DNA of 64,000 bases, taken from NCBI GenBank assembly GCA_036278975.1, contig DASUKC010000089.1:15140-79139 (forward strand), given 5' to 3'. The position numbers and the translations under genes were made by a program. Below, piece after piece: positions 27,131-38,334 of this stretch (position 1 is its first letter; the number at the start of each line of letters is the position of its first letter). This DNA comes from Gaiellaceae bacterium. GTDB taxonomy: Bacteria > Actinomycetota > Thermoleophilia > Gaiellales > Gaiellaceae. A model generated the notes under the pieces. That model had not been told where the DNA came from. It saw only the letters and a list, made by a program, of their open reading frames with translations, and did not search any database.

Positions 27131-28166
27131 GCTCGTTCTCCCCGGCCTCGAAGGCGGGCACGTCGTGACGCAGCCGTCGACTGGTCACTACTTGGAGCGC
27201 GGACCGCAGAAGCGCCTGATGGTGTTCTCCGGCAGCTCGCACACCGATCTCGCGCAGCGCATCGCGGAGCAGCTCGGTGTCGAGCTCGGCGAGATCGAGC
27301 TGAGCACATTCCCGAACGGCGAGACATACGTGCGCTACTGCGAGTCGATCCGCGGCGCGGATCTCTTCCTCATCCAGACCGGTTGTGAGCCCGTCGACCG
27401 CAACGTGATGGAGCTCGCGCTGATGATCCAGGCCGCGAAGCTCGGATCCGCGAAGCGCATCACCGCTGTCATCCCGTGGTTCCCGTACGCGCGCCAGGAC
27501 CGCAAGGCGAAGCCGCGTGAGCCAATCTCCGCGCGTTTCGTCGCCGACATGCTCCAGCTCGCAGGCGCCGACCGCGTGCTGACGATGGACTTGCACGCGG
27601 GACAGATCCAGGGCTTCTTCACGATCCCCGTCGACCACATGACGTCGCTGCCGCTCTTCGCGCGGCACTTTCGCGATCTCGGGCTGATGGGCGAGGACGT
27701 CGTCTCCGTCGCGCCGGACGCGGGCCGGGCGAAACATGCCGTGCGCTTCGCGGAGATGATCGACGCGGAGTTCGCGATCATGCACAAGCAGCGCTTCTCG
27801 GGCGACACCGTGTCCGTCACCGAGGTGACGGGGAGGGTGCGCGGGAAGACCGCGATCATCGGCGACGACGTCACGACGACGGGCGGCACGCTCATCGCGG
27901 GCGCCGAGGCGCTGATGGAGCACGGCGCCGAGCAGGTCTACGTCTTCGTGACGCACGCGCTGCTCTCGGCCGAGGGCCTCGACCGGCTCGGCAACGCGAA
28001 CTTCGCCGGCATCGTCACCACCGACACCGTGCCGATCGACCCGCTCGCGAAGCCCGACAACATGACGGTGCTGACCGTCGCGCCGCTGCTCGCCGAGACG
28101 ATCATGAACGTGTTCGCCGACGACTCCGTTTCCGCCATCTTCGGCGGCGAAAACCAGCTGTTCTGA
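27105..28166 (+). CDS. prs: ribose-phosphate pyrophosphokinase
   Basis: ..RLMVFSGSSHTDLAQRIAEQLGVELG..FPNGE.., ..DLHAGQIQGFF.., ..IIGDDVTTTGGT.. AAGGAGG lies before ATG 27105 (alternative GTG 27165). Confidence 0.92.
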   Translation: MQPDIATTELVLPGLEGGHVVTQPSTGHYLERGPQKRLMVFSGSSHTDLAQRIAEQLGVELGEIELSTFPNGETYVRYCESIRGADLFLIQTGCEPVDRNVMELALMIQAAKLGSAKRITAVIPWFPYARQDRKAKPREPISARFVADMLQLAGADRVLTMDLHAGQIQGFFTIPVDHMTSLPLFARHFRDLGLMGEDVVSVAPDAGRAKHAVRFAEMIDAEFAIMHKQRFSGDTVSVTEVTGRVRGKTAIIGDDVTTTGGTLIAGAEALMEHGAEQVYVFVTHALLSAEGLDRLGNANFAGIVTTDTVPIDPLAKPDNMTVLTVAPLLAETIMNVFADDSVSAIFGGENQLF

Positions 28167-28193
28167 TCCGGGCTCGATGCCCGCGATCAGAAC

Positions 28194-28230
28194 GGTGCCA
28201 GGCACTCTTGGTGCCTGGCACCTGCTTTTC
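28194..28230 (+). terminator. intrinsic terminator after prs
   Basis: Perfect 12-bp stem ggtgccaggcac / gtgcctggcacc with a 5-nt loop, followed by tgcttttc. Confidence 0.7.
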
Positions 28231-28250
28231 GTCGCTACACTTCCGCGCCG

Positions 28251-28937
28251 ATGGCCGGCGAACGCGTCAAGCTCGTGGTCCAGAACCGTGCGGTGCTCGG
28301 TTCCGCCGAATCGCGCCGTCTGCGCAGGCAGGGGCTGATCCCGGGCGTTCTCTACGGCCGCGAGAACCCGGTGGCGATCTCGATTGCCGAGCGCGAGCTC
28401 CGGAGCGCGCTGGGCGGCGGGCACGGCTCGCACGCGGTGCTCGACGTTGTCGTCGACGGCGGCAAGGAGCACTCGTCGGTCGTCAAGGAGTTCCAGCTCG
28501 ACCCGATCCGCGGCTACATCACGCATGTCGACCTGCAGGAAGTGCGCCTCGACCAGCCGATCCACGCCAGCGTGGTCGTCTCGCTCGTCGGCGAAGCGCG
28601 CGGCACGAAGGAAGGCGGCGTGCTGACGCAGGTCACCAATCACGTGAACGTCGAGGCGCTGCCGATGGAAGTGCCCGACCATCTCGAGATCGACGTGACG
28701 AACCTGGGCATCGGCGACAGCGCGCGCCTTTCCGAGGTCAGCGTCCCGGACGGCGTCACGCTGCTCGACGACGTCGAAACGGTGCTCGCCAACGTCGCGC
28801 TGCCGCGCGCCGAAGAGCCTGAGCCGGCCGCCGAGGGTGAAGAGGGCGTCGAGGCGCCCGAGGGTGCTGCCGAAGAGGCAGCCGCTCCCGAAGCCGAGGC
28901 CGCCGAGGACGACGCGGCCGAAGCAACCGAGGAGTAA
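28251..28937 (+). CDS. rplY: 50S ribosomal protein L25 / general stress protein Ctc
   Basis: ..GSAESRRLRRQGLIPGVLYG.. and an acidic C-terminal tail. Confidence 0.92.
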   Translation: MAGERVKLVVQNRAVLGSAESRRLRRQGLIPGVLYGRENPVAISIAERELRSALGGGHGSHAVLDVVVDGGKEHSSVVKEFQLDPIRGYITHVDLQEVRLDQPIHASVVVSLVGEARGTKEGGVLTQVTNHVNVEALPMEVPDHLEIDVTNLGIGDSARLSEVSVPDGVTLLDDVETVLANVALPRAEEPEPAAEGEEGVEAPEGAAEEAAAPEAEAAEDDAAEATEE

Positions 28938-28943
28938 GGCGCC

Positions 28944-29543
28944 ATGCGGCTGTGGCCGCGTCGACACGGCACGTCCCTCGATCTTCTGGTTGTTGGGCTC
29001 GGAAACCCCGGTCGCGAGTACGCGCGCAACCGGCACAACGTCGGCTACATGGTTGTCGACGAGCTCGCGCGCCGGCACGGCGGGCAATGGCGCTCCAAGT
29101 TCAACGGCCAGCTCGCGGACATCCGCGTCGACGGCCACAAGGTGGCGCTGCTCAAGCCTGAGACGTACATGAACGACTCAGGGCGCTCCGTGCGCGCGGC
29201 CGCGTCGTTCTTCAAGGTCGCGCCGGACGCGATCCTCGTCGTGCACGACGAGGGCGACTTCGACCTCGGGCGCCTGCAGGCGCGCGCCGGCGGAGGGCTC
29301 GCCGGTCACAACGGGCTGCGCTCGATCGCCCAGCACCTCGGCTCGCCGGAGTTCCTGCGGCTGCGGATCGGAGTGGGGCGGCCCGAACGGGGCGACCCGC
29401 GGAAGCTCGCCGACTTCGTGCTCGCGAACTTCGAGCCGCAGGACGATGCCGAGGCGCTCGTCGCCCGGGCGGCCGACGCCGTCGAGGCGCTCGACGCCGA
29501 GGGGCTCGAGTCCGCGCAACGCCGTTTCAACGAAAAGCCCTAA
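28944..29543 (+). CDS. pth: peptidyl-tRNA hydrolase
   Basis: LLVVGLGNPGREYARNRHNVGYMVVDELA.., ..HDEGDF..GGLAGHNGLRS. Confidence 0.95.
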   Translation: MRLWPRRHGTSLDLLVVGLGNPGREYARNRHNVGYMVVDELARRHGGQWRSKFNGQLADIRVDGHKVALLKPETYMNDSGRSVRAAASFFKVAPDAILVVHDEGDFDLGRLQARAGGGLAGHNGLRSIAQHLGSPEFLRLRIGVGRPERGDPRKLADFVLANFEPQDDAEALVARAADAVEALDAEGLESAQRRFNEKP

Positions 29544-29574
29544 CATTTAGTGCGGTCCGCCACGTGAGTGCGGA

Positions 29575-29735
29575 CTCCCGTCAAATGCAGCGCAAACGCT
29601 GTTTGGCCGGGGGTCCGGGACCGGGTGAGCCGTGCAGCGGGGTCCGCGCGGACTACCCCTTTAGGGTGATACGACATCCCCACATCGGGGGGTTCCAGGG
29701 CACGGCGCGACCGGCCAAGAATGCCCTCGACAACG
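29575..29735 (+). ncRNA. candidate cis-regulatory leader RNA, ydaO/c-di-AMP-riboswitch-like
   Basis: AAAUG + hairpin CAGCG-CAAA-CGCUG + GCCGGGGGUCC .. GGGUGAGCC .. hairpin .. UUUAGGGUGAUAC parallels the ydaO blocks AAUC-hairpin-ACGGGGGACC .. GGGGUGAAUC .. GUAGGGAUAC. The 3' block CAGCUAACCUCG is only loosely matched (GCCAAGAAUGCCCUCG). Sits upstream of an NlpC/P60 gene. Confidence 0.4.
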
Positions 29736-29739
29736 ACTG

Positions 29740-29765
29740 GACGGGCCTGCGGCCTTCTGCCCGTC
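29740..29765 (+). terminator. possible attenuator hairpin at the end of the leader
   Basis: gacgggc (29740-46) pairs with gcccgtc (29759-65), followed by cctctcgtttcgct. Confidence 0.3.
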
Positions 29766-29783
29766 CCTCTCGTTTCGCTCCCT

Positions 29784-30266
29784 ATGCCCGGACACCTTCG
29801 TCTCACTCTGCTCATCCTTGTCGCGCTCGCCTGTGTGGTGGCTCGCGCCGGCGGCGCCTTCGGCGCGACGGTCAAGCACATGAGGGTGAGCCGCGCCACC
29901 CGCGAGGCGCACGAGCACGCGCAGATCGTCAAGTTCGCCCGGCACTTCCTGGGCGTCCCCTACCGGTACGGCGGCACGTCACCCCGCTACGGGTTCGACT
30001 GCTCCGGTTTCACGCGCTTCGTCTACGCGCACTTCGGGGTCTCGCTGCCGCACTACTCGGGTGCGCAGTGGGACATGGGCCGCCGCGTCTCGCTCAAGGG
30101 CCTGCGCCCCGGCGACGTCCTCTTCTTCGACGGGCTCGGCCACGTCGGCCTCTACATCGGCCACAACCTCTTCATCCACGCGCCGCACAGCGGGACGCGC
30201 GTGAGCATCTCGAGCCTGACCGGCTGGTACGGCGCCCGCTTCGACGGCGCCCGCCGCTTCCTGTAG
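29784..30266 (+). CDS. secreted NlpC/P60-family peptidoglycan endopeptidase
   Basis: Signal peptide MPGHLRLTLLILVALACVVARAGGAFGA. GVPYRYGGTSPRYGFDCSGF..GHVGLYIGHN..IHAP gives the Cys-His-His triad context. Confidence 0.9.
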   Translation: MPGHLRLTLLILVALACVVARAGGAFGATVKHMRVSRATREAHEHAQIVKFARHFLGVPYRYGGTSPRYGFDCSGFTRFVYAHFGVSLPHYSGAQWDMGRRVSLKGLRPGDVLFFDGLGHVGLYIGHNLFIHAPHSGTRVSISSLTGWYGARFDGARRFL

Positions 30267-30288
30267 CCCGGCACGTAAAGTGAGCCAC

Positions 30289-30308
30289 CCCGCGACGGCG
30301 TTCGCGGG
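30289..30308 (+). terminator. hairpin after the NlpC/P60 gene
   Basis: cccgcga / tcgcggg, 7-bp stem and 6-nt loop. No strong T tract. Confidence 0.3.
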
Positions 30309-30316
30309 CATTCGTC

Positions 30317-33300
30317 ATGGACCGGCCGGTGCTCTACAGCCTCGTGGAACGGATGCGCGCGCAGGATCGCCTGCGTGAGTTCGCGGCTGCCCTGCCTGGG
30401 CGTGCGCGTGTCTCCGAGCCGCTGCTGCCGCTCGTACTGGCGGCGTTGCACGAAGAAGTGAACCGCGGCCTCGTCGTCGTTCTCGCGGAAGACGCCGACG
30501 CGCGCGACGCTGCCGACGCGGCATCGTGGTTCGTCGGCGAGGAACAGGTCGCACTGTTCCCGTCGCGCGGCGTGCACTGGGGCTCGGGTCTCGAGCCGCC
30601 GCCGCATCTGGTCGGCGAACGCGCACGCGCGCTCGACGTCCTCTCGCGCGGTGGCCTCGTCTGCGCGAGCGCGGTTGCGATTGCCGAAGGCATTCCGCCG
30701 GCGGGCGTGCGTCCTTTGGCCCTCACCGTCGCAAAGGGCGACGAGCCCGGGCTTGACGCGCTCGCCGAACATCTCGCCGACGCCGGCTACGAACGCGTCG
30801 AGCGCGTCGAAGAGCGCGGCCAGTTCGCAGTGCGCGGCGGGCTCGTCGATGTCTTCCCGACGACAGGGAGGGAGCCGCTCCGCATCGAGCTGTTCGGCGA
30901 CACCATCGAGCAGATCCGCGCGTTCTCGCCGTTCACGCAGCGCGCGCTGCGCGAGGTGGAGAGCGCGACGATCTTCCCGGCGGGCGAACGCCGCCGCGCG
31001 CACGTCGAGATCACGCTCGAGGACGAAGAGGACGTCGTCGAGACCCCCGACGATCTTGTTCCCGCGTTCACGTTCGTCGACCTCGTCTGGCAGCTCGACG
31101 AAGTGCGCGCCGTGTGGGCGGAGGAGTCGCTGTCGGACGTCACGCTCGACGGCGCGTCCGAGCTGAGCCCGCTGCCACAAGGACAGCCGTTCTCGTTCGA
31201 CGCGCAGCGTCCGGCGCTGGCCGCGCGCGGCTTGTCGGAAGCCGAGAACGAGCTCTCCGGGCTGCTGCGGCAGGAGCTCGACGTCGTCGTTGCGTTCCCG
31301 CACCGCGGCGAGATGCTGCGCCAGCAGCAGTTGCTGCGCCGGGTCGAGGCGTCCCTGCTCGAGGAAGGAGAGCCGTCGGGTCTCGTGTTCGCGGTCTCGC
31401 CCGCGCGGCGAGGCTTCGTAGCGCGAGACCTCGGCGTTGCGCTGCTTCCCGACACCCAGGTCTTCCGCAAGCGGCCGCAGCGCTCGACGACGGCGCCGGG
31501 TCGCGCGCTGCAGAGCTTCAGCGACCTGCGCACCGGTGACTACGTCGTGCACGAGGACCACGGCATCGCGAAGCTGCTCGGCTTCGAGACGCGCGAGGTC
31601 GCGGGCGTCACGCGCGATTACCTGTTGCTCGCGTACCGCGGCGACGACCGCGTGTACGTCCCGCACGAGCAGATCGGCAAGGTCAGCCGCTACATCGGCG
31701 CCGATGCGCGGGAGCCCGCGCTGTCGAAGCTCGGCGGCAAGGCATGGGACAACCTGAAGACCCGCGCCCGCGAGCACCTGCGTGAGATGGCGGGCGAGTT
31801 GTTGCAGCTCTACGCCGAGCGGCAGACGCGCCCCGGCATCGCGTACGACCTCGACCAGGAATGGATCGAGCGGCTCGAGACCGAGTTCCCGTATCGCGAA
31901 ACCGATGACCAGCGCACCGCGATCGAAGCGGTGAAGGAGGACCTCGAGGCGCCGCGGCCGATGGACAGACTCGTTTGCGGTGACGTCGGCTTCGGCAAGA
32001 CCGAGGTTGCGCTGCGCGCCGCGTTCGGCGTCGCCGTGAACGGCAGGCAGGTGCTGATGCTCGTGCCGACCACCGTGCTTGCACAGCAGCACTGGAACAC
32101 GTTCCGCGAGCGATTCCGCGATTTCCCGGTGCGCGTCGAGATGGTGTCGCGCTTCCGCAAGCCCGCAGAGGTGAAGCAGGTGCTCGCCGACTTCACCGAG
32201 GGGAAGGTCGAGGTGCTGATCGGGACGCATCGCGTGCTTTCGCGCGACGTGATCCCGAAGGAGCTCGGGCTTGTGATCGTGGACGAGGAACAGCGCTTCG
32301 GCGTCGCGCAGAAGGAACTGCTGCGGCAACTGCGGCTCGAGGTCGACGTGCTCGCGCTGTCGGCGACGCCGATTCCGCGCACGCTGCACATGTCGCTCTC
32401 CGGCCTGCGCGACATCTCGGTGATCGAGACGCCGCCGGAAGGGCGACGGCCGATCCGCACGTTCGTCGGCGAATCCGACGACGAACTGATCCAGACCGCG
32501 CTTGAACGCGAGATCGCGCGCGGAGGGCAGGCGTTCTACCTGCACAACCGCGTCGAGACAATCGAGGAGCAAGCCACGAAGCTGCAGCAGCTGTGCCCGA
32601 AGCTGCGCTTCCTCGTCGCGCACGGTCAGATGGCGGAGCGCGACCTCGAGAACCGCATGATGAGCTTCCTCTCAGGCGACGCGGATGTGCTCGTGTCGAC
32701 GACGATCATCGAGTCGGGCCTCGACATCCCGCAGGCGAACACGCTGATCGTCGACCGCGCGGACCAGCTTGGCCTCGCGCAGCTCTACCAAATCCGCGGG
32801 CGCGTCGGCCGCAGCGATCTGCTCGCGTACGCGTACCTCTTCTATCCAGATGCGCGCGAGCTTTCGCCCGAGGCGCGCGCACGGCTTGCGACGCTCGCCG
32901 ACCACACCGAGCTCGGCGCCGGCTTCGCGATCGCGATGCGCGACCTTGAGATCCGCGGCGCCGGCGACCTGCTCGGCGCCGAGCAGTCGGGTCACGTCGC
33001 CGCCCTCGGATTCGAGCTGTACGTCGAGATGCTGCACGAGGCGGTCGCAGAGCTGTCCGGCCGGCAGCGCATCACTGCGAGGCCGATCAGGGTCGACGCG
33101 CGCATCGACGCGTACGTGCCGGCGGGCTATATCGCCGCCGAGGCGCTGAAGATCGATTTGCACCGGCGCATCTCGCTCGCTGAGACCGAAGACGAGCTGC
33201 ACGAACTGCACGTATCCACCGAGGACCGTTATGGACCGGTTCCCGAACCGGTCCAAAGCCTCTTCGCGATTCAAGAGGCGAAGCTCAAGCTTGCCCGGCT

Positions 33301-33505
33301 CGGCGCCGACTACCTCGTGTTCCGCGGTGGCCGCGCGACGGTCGGGCCGGTCGTGCTCGGATCGGCTGAACTGCGCGAACTACGCCGTCTCGCCGAGACT
33401 GCGGTGTACTCGTCGGGCAACCGCGAGGTGGCTTCGCGCGAGCAGGAATTCATAGGAGCGCTTGAACTTGTCGATGCTATGCTGGCCGCCCGCCAGGCCG
33501 GGTAG
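30317..33505 (+). CDS. mfd: transcription-repair coupling factor
   Basis: 1062 aa. CarD-like region (DYVVHEDHGIAK), helicase motifs (GDVGFGKTEVA, DEEQRFG), and the TRCF C-terminal domain. Confidence 0.97.
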   Translation: MDRPVLYSLVERMRAQDRLREFAAALPGRARVSEPLLPLVLAALHEEVNRGLVVVLAEDADARDAADAASWFVGEEQVALFPSRGVHWGSGLEPPPHLVGERARALDVLSRGGLVCASAVAIAEGIPPAGVRPLALTVAKGDEPGLDALAEHLADAGYERVERVEERGQFAVRGGLVDVFPTTGREPLRIELFGDTIEQIRAFSPFTQRALREVESATIFPAGERRRAHVEITLEDEEDVVETPDDLVPAFTFVDLVWQLDEVRAVWAEESLSDVTLDGASELSPLPQGQPFSFDAQRPALAARGLSEAENELSGLLRQELDVVVAFPHRGEMLRQQQLLRRVEASLLEEGEPSGLVFAVSPARRGFVARDLGVALLPDTQVFRKRPQRSTTAPGRALQSFSDLRTGDYVVHEDHGIAKLLGFETREVAGVTRDYLLLAYRGDDRVYVPHEQIGKVSRYIGADAREPALSKLGGKAWDNLKTRAREHLREMAGELLQLYAERQTRPGIAYDLDQEWIERLETEFPYRETDDQRTAIEAVKEDLEAPRPMDRLVCGDVGFGKTEVALRAAFGVAVNGRQVLMLVPTTVLAQQHWNTFRERFRDFPVRVEMVSRFRKPAEVKQVLADFTEGKVEVLIGTHRVLSRDVIPKELGLVIVDEEQRFGVAQKELLRQLRLEVDVLALSATPIPRTLHMSLSGLRDISVIETPPEGRRPIRTFVGESDDELIQTALEREIARGGQAFYLHNRVETIEEQATKLQQLCPKLRFLVAHGQMAERDLENRMMSFLSGDADVLVSTTIIESGLDIPQANTLIVDRADQLGLAQLYQIRGRVGRSDLLAYAYLFYPDARELSPEARARLATLADHTELGAGFAIAMRDLEIRGAGDLLGAEQSGHVAALGFELYVEMLHEAVAELSGRQRITARPIRVDARIDAYVPAGYIAAEALKIDLHRRISLAETEDELHELHVSTEDRYGPVPEPVQSLFAIQEAKLKLARLGADYLVFRGGRATVGPVVLGSAELRELRRLAETAVYSSGNREVASREQEFIGALELVDAMLAARQAG

Positions 33506-33518
33506 CCGGCGGAACCCT

Positions 33519-34562
33519 ATGCGGAACGCCCGTTTCTTCATCCCGATTCTGGCTGTCGCGGCGCTGCTTGCGGCATGCGGCGGCGGCGGATCCTCGGCCA
33601 AGCTGCAGGCGAACGACATCGCAGTCGTCGGCTCGGCGCACATCACCAACGCCGACTTCACGGCGATGATCGCGCAGGCCAAGCAGAACTACAAAGCGTC
33701 CGGCCAGGCATTCCCGAAGGTCGGCACGACCGCGTACGAATCGCTGAAGAGCCAGGCGATCTCGCTGCTGGTGCAGCAGTCCGAGCGCGAGCAGAAAGCG
33801 AAAGAGATGGGCGTCACGGTCACCGACAAGCAGATCGAGACCAAGCTCAAAGCGCTGAAGAAGCAGTACTTCAAGGGCGACGAGAAGAAGTACGAGGCGC
33901 AGCTGAAGAAGCAGCATCTCACCGACGCGCTGGTGCGTCAGGACGTGCGCTCGCAGCTACTCGCTCAGGCGCTGTACACCGCGATCACCAAGGACATCAC
34001 GGTGTCGGACAGCGACATCAAGAACTACTACGAGGCGAATCTCGCGTCGTACTCGCAGCCGCAGTCGCGCGGCGCGCAGTACATCCTGATCAAGTCGAAG
34101 GCGACGGCTCAGTCGGTGTACCAGCAGCTGAAGGCGCACAACACCGAGCAGAATTGGTGCGCGCTTGCGAAGAAGTACTCCGGCGATTCGAGCACGAAGA
34201 ACTCGTGCGGCAAGTCGAACTTCAGCAAAGGTCAGACGGTGAAGATCTTCGACCAGACCTTGTTCAGCGCGAAGCTCAACGTCGTCCAGGCGCCGATCTA
34301 CGACTCGACGAACTACAAGGCGTACTTCGTGATCCGCGCGACGACAGCCGTGAAGCCTGCGAAGACCCAGCAGCTCAAGGACGTGAAGGCGACGATCAAG
34401 TCGACGCTGCTGAACCAGAAGAAGACGGACGCTACGAACAAGTGGTCGAGCGACCTGACGAAGAACTACTGCTCCGGCTCGAAGATCAAGTACCAGATCG
34501 GTTACACGCCGAGCCCGGACCCCTGCACGGCCACCGCGTCGACCAACGCGACCACCACTTAG
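33519..34562 (+). CDS. SurA/PrsA-like peptidyl-prolyl isomerase lipoprotein
   Basis: Lipobox MRNARFFIPILAVAALLAAC-GGGG, SurA-like N-terminal region, and a parvulin-type segment (..AQYILIKSKATAQSVYQQL..). Confidence 0.78.
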   Translation: MRNARFFIPILAVAALLAACGGGGSSAKLQANDIAVVGSAHITNADFTAMIAQAKQNYKASGQAFPKVGTTAYESLKSQAISLLVQQSEREQKAKEMGVTVTDKQIETKLKALKKQYFKGDEKKYEAQLKKQHLTDALVRQDVRSQLLAQALYTAITKDITVSDSDIKNYYEANLASYSQPQSRGAQYILIKSKATAQSVYQQLKAHNTEQNWCALAKKYSGDSSTKNSCGKSNFSKGQTVKIFDQTLFSAKLNVVQAPIYDSTNYKAYFVIRATTAVKPAKTQQLKDVKATIKSTLLNQKKTDATNKWSSDLTKNYCSGSKIKYQIGYTPSPDPCTATASTNATTT

Positions 34563-34566
34563 AGTC

Positions 34567-36572
<2,006 letters not shown>

Positions 36573-36586
36573 CTAACCTGGGAGTC

Positions 36587-37996
36587 GTGGAGGATCCGCG
36601 CCGGACGAAGATCGTTGCGACGATCGGGCCGGCTTCGTCGTCGCACGAGGTACTCACCGCGCTGGTGCGCGCGGGTGCTGACGCCATTCGTCTGAACTTC
36701 TCGCACGGCACTCATGCGCAGCACGCCGAGGTGGCGAAGATCGTGCGCGCGGTGCAGTCGCAGGAGCAGAAGGCGCTCGCACTGATCGCCGACCTGCAGG
36801 GCCCGAAGCTGCGCATCGGCGATCTCGAGGAGTCGCGCTTCCTGCTGAAGGACGAAGAGGTGCTCGTCGTCGGCGAGGAGCATGCCGTCGACAGCGAGCT
36901 GCCCGTTGCGCCGGCTGTGATCGGCGACGTCCTGCGTCCTGGCCATGACGTGCTGATCGACGACGGGCTTGTGCGTCTCTCGGTCGTCGACGTTGTCGAC
37001 GGTCGCGCGCGCTGCCGCGTCATCGTCGGCGGCGAGGTGAAGTCGCATAAGGGCGTGAACCTGCCGGGCGTCCCCGTCCCGATTCCGTCGCTGACGAAGA
37101 AGGATCTCGACGATCTCGCGTTCGCTGTCGGTCTCGGTGTCGACTACGTCGCGCTCTCGTTCGTGCGCTCGGCAGCCGACGTGCGCGACCTGCAGGCGAT
37201 CATCCGCCAGTACGGCTCGCCCGCGCGCGTGATCGCGAAGATCGAGAAGATGGAAGCGGTCGAAGTCCTCGACGACATCCTGGCCGAGGCCGATGCGGTG
37301 ATGGTGGCGCGCGGCGATCTCGGCGGCGAGAGCGGCGCGGCGCCGGTGCCGCTGTTGCAAAAGCGCATCATCCACCGCTGTCTCGAGGTCGGGAAACCGG
37401 TGATCACGGCGACGCAGATGCTCGAGTCGATGGTCGAGCACGCCGAGCCGACGCGTGCCGAGGCGAGCGACGTCGCGAATGCCGTTCTCGACGGCACCTC
37501 GGCCATCATGCTCTCCGCCGAGACCGCGACCGGCAACTATCCCGTGGAAGCGGTGCAGACGATGGATCGTCTCGCACGCGCGGTCGAGCCTTCGATGGAT
37601 TACCGGCACCAGATGCCGGAGGCCGAGGACGCGCCGACGGTCGGTCGTGCGATGTCGAACGGCGCCTGCGACCTCGCCGAGGCGTTGCACGCCCGCGCGA
37701 TCCTTGTGCCCACCTTCACGGGGCGCACGGCGTCCGCGGTTGCGCGGCTGCGCCCACGCCGGCCGATCGTGGGGCTCTCGCATCACCGCACGGCGCTGCA
37801 GCAGATGGCGCTGGAGTGGGGCGTCACCCCGGTGCTGATGCTGGAGAGCGAGAACGTCGAAGATCTCTGGGTGCGCGCCCTCGAAGCTGCGCGTGACGCC
37901 GGCGCCGTCGATACCGGCGACCGCGTGGTTCTCACCGCCGGCACGGCTGTCAACCTGCCCGGTTCGACGAACGTCATCAAAGTCGACGTCGTCTAA
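36587..37996 (+). CDS. pyk: pyruvate kinase
   Basis: VEDPRRTKIVATIGPAS.., ..MVARGDLG.., ..TQMLESM.. The upstream 139 codons of the ORF overlap eno and are rejected. Confidence 0.95.
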   Translation: MEDPRRTKIVATIGPASSSHEVLTALVRAGADAIRLNFSHGTHAQHAEVAKIVRAVQSQEQKALALIADLQGPKLRIGDLEESRFLLKDEEVLVVGEEHAVDSELPVAPAVIGDVLRPGHDVLIDDGLVRLSVVDVVDGRARCRVIVGGEVKSHKGVNLPGVPVPIPSLTKKDLDDLAFAVGLGVDYVALSFVRSAADVRDLQAIIRQYGSPARVIAKIEKMEAVEVLDDILAEADAVMVARGDLGGESGAAPVPLLQKRIIHRCLEVGKPVITATQMLESMVEHAEPTRAEASDVANAVLDGTSAIMLSAETATGNYPVEAVQTMDRLARAVEPSMDYRHQMPEAEDAPTVGRAMSNGACDLAEALHARAILVPTFTGRTASAVARLRPRRPIVGLSHHRTALQQMALEWGVTPVLMLESENVEDLWVRALEAARDAGAVDTGDRVVLTAGTAVNLPGSTNVIKVDVV

Positions 37997-38034
37997 GACG
38001 TAGGAACGCGCACCGGCGCGGAGAAATCCCGCGC

Positions 38035-38325
38035 ATGCCTCGCATCAGGCCGACGCGTCTGCTTGCCCTGGGAGCGCTCGCGCTCCTCGGCTTCCTCTAT
38101 TGGAAGCCGTTGCACACCTACCTGCACGCGAAGAAGCAGCTGCAGTCGCGCAACTCGCAGGTGCACGTCCTGCAGGCGCAGCAGGCGGTGCTCAAGCAGC
38201 GGATCGCGCAGATCGGCTCGACCGAGCAACTGACGCGCGAGGCGCGCCGGCTGGGGCTGGTCAAGCCCGGGGAACAGCTCTTCATCGTGAAGGGCATCCC
38301 GCAATGGCGCAAGAAACACCACTAG
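38035..38325 (+). CDS. ftsB: septum formation initiator (FtsB/DivIC family)
   Basis: N-terminal TM, a coiled coil, and ..EQLTREARRLGLVKPGEQLFIV. Confidence 0.8.
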   Translation: MPRIRPTRLLALGALALLGFLYWKPLHTYLHAKKQLQSRNSQVHVLQAQQAVLKQRIAQIGSTEQLTREARRLGLVKPGEQLFIVKGIPQWRKKHH

Positions 38326-38334
38326 CGTTAGGGC

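Noticed and set aside
26961-29138. 725-aa minus-strand ORF spanning glmU, prs, rplY and pth
   Set aside because: It crosses four well-supported plus-strand genes and an intrinsic terminator. It is a compositional artefact.
29721-29783. ORF-track start (29721) of the NlpC/P60 gene
   Set aside because: It would place 21 non-signal residues before the obvious signal peptide and would run through the gacgggc/gcccgtc hairpin. ATG 29784 gives a canonical secretion signal.
30152-32623. 823-aa minus-strand ORF opposite mfd
   Set aside because: Shadow of the mfd frame with low-complexity R/L/E composition and no motifs.
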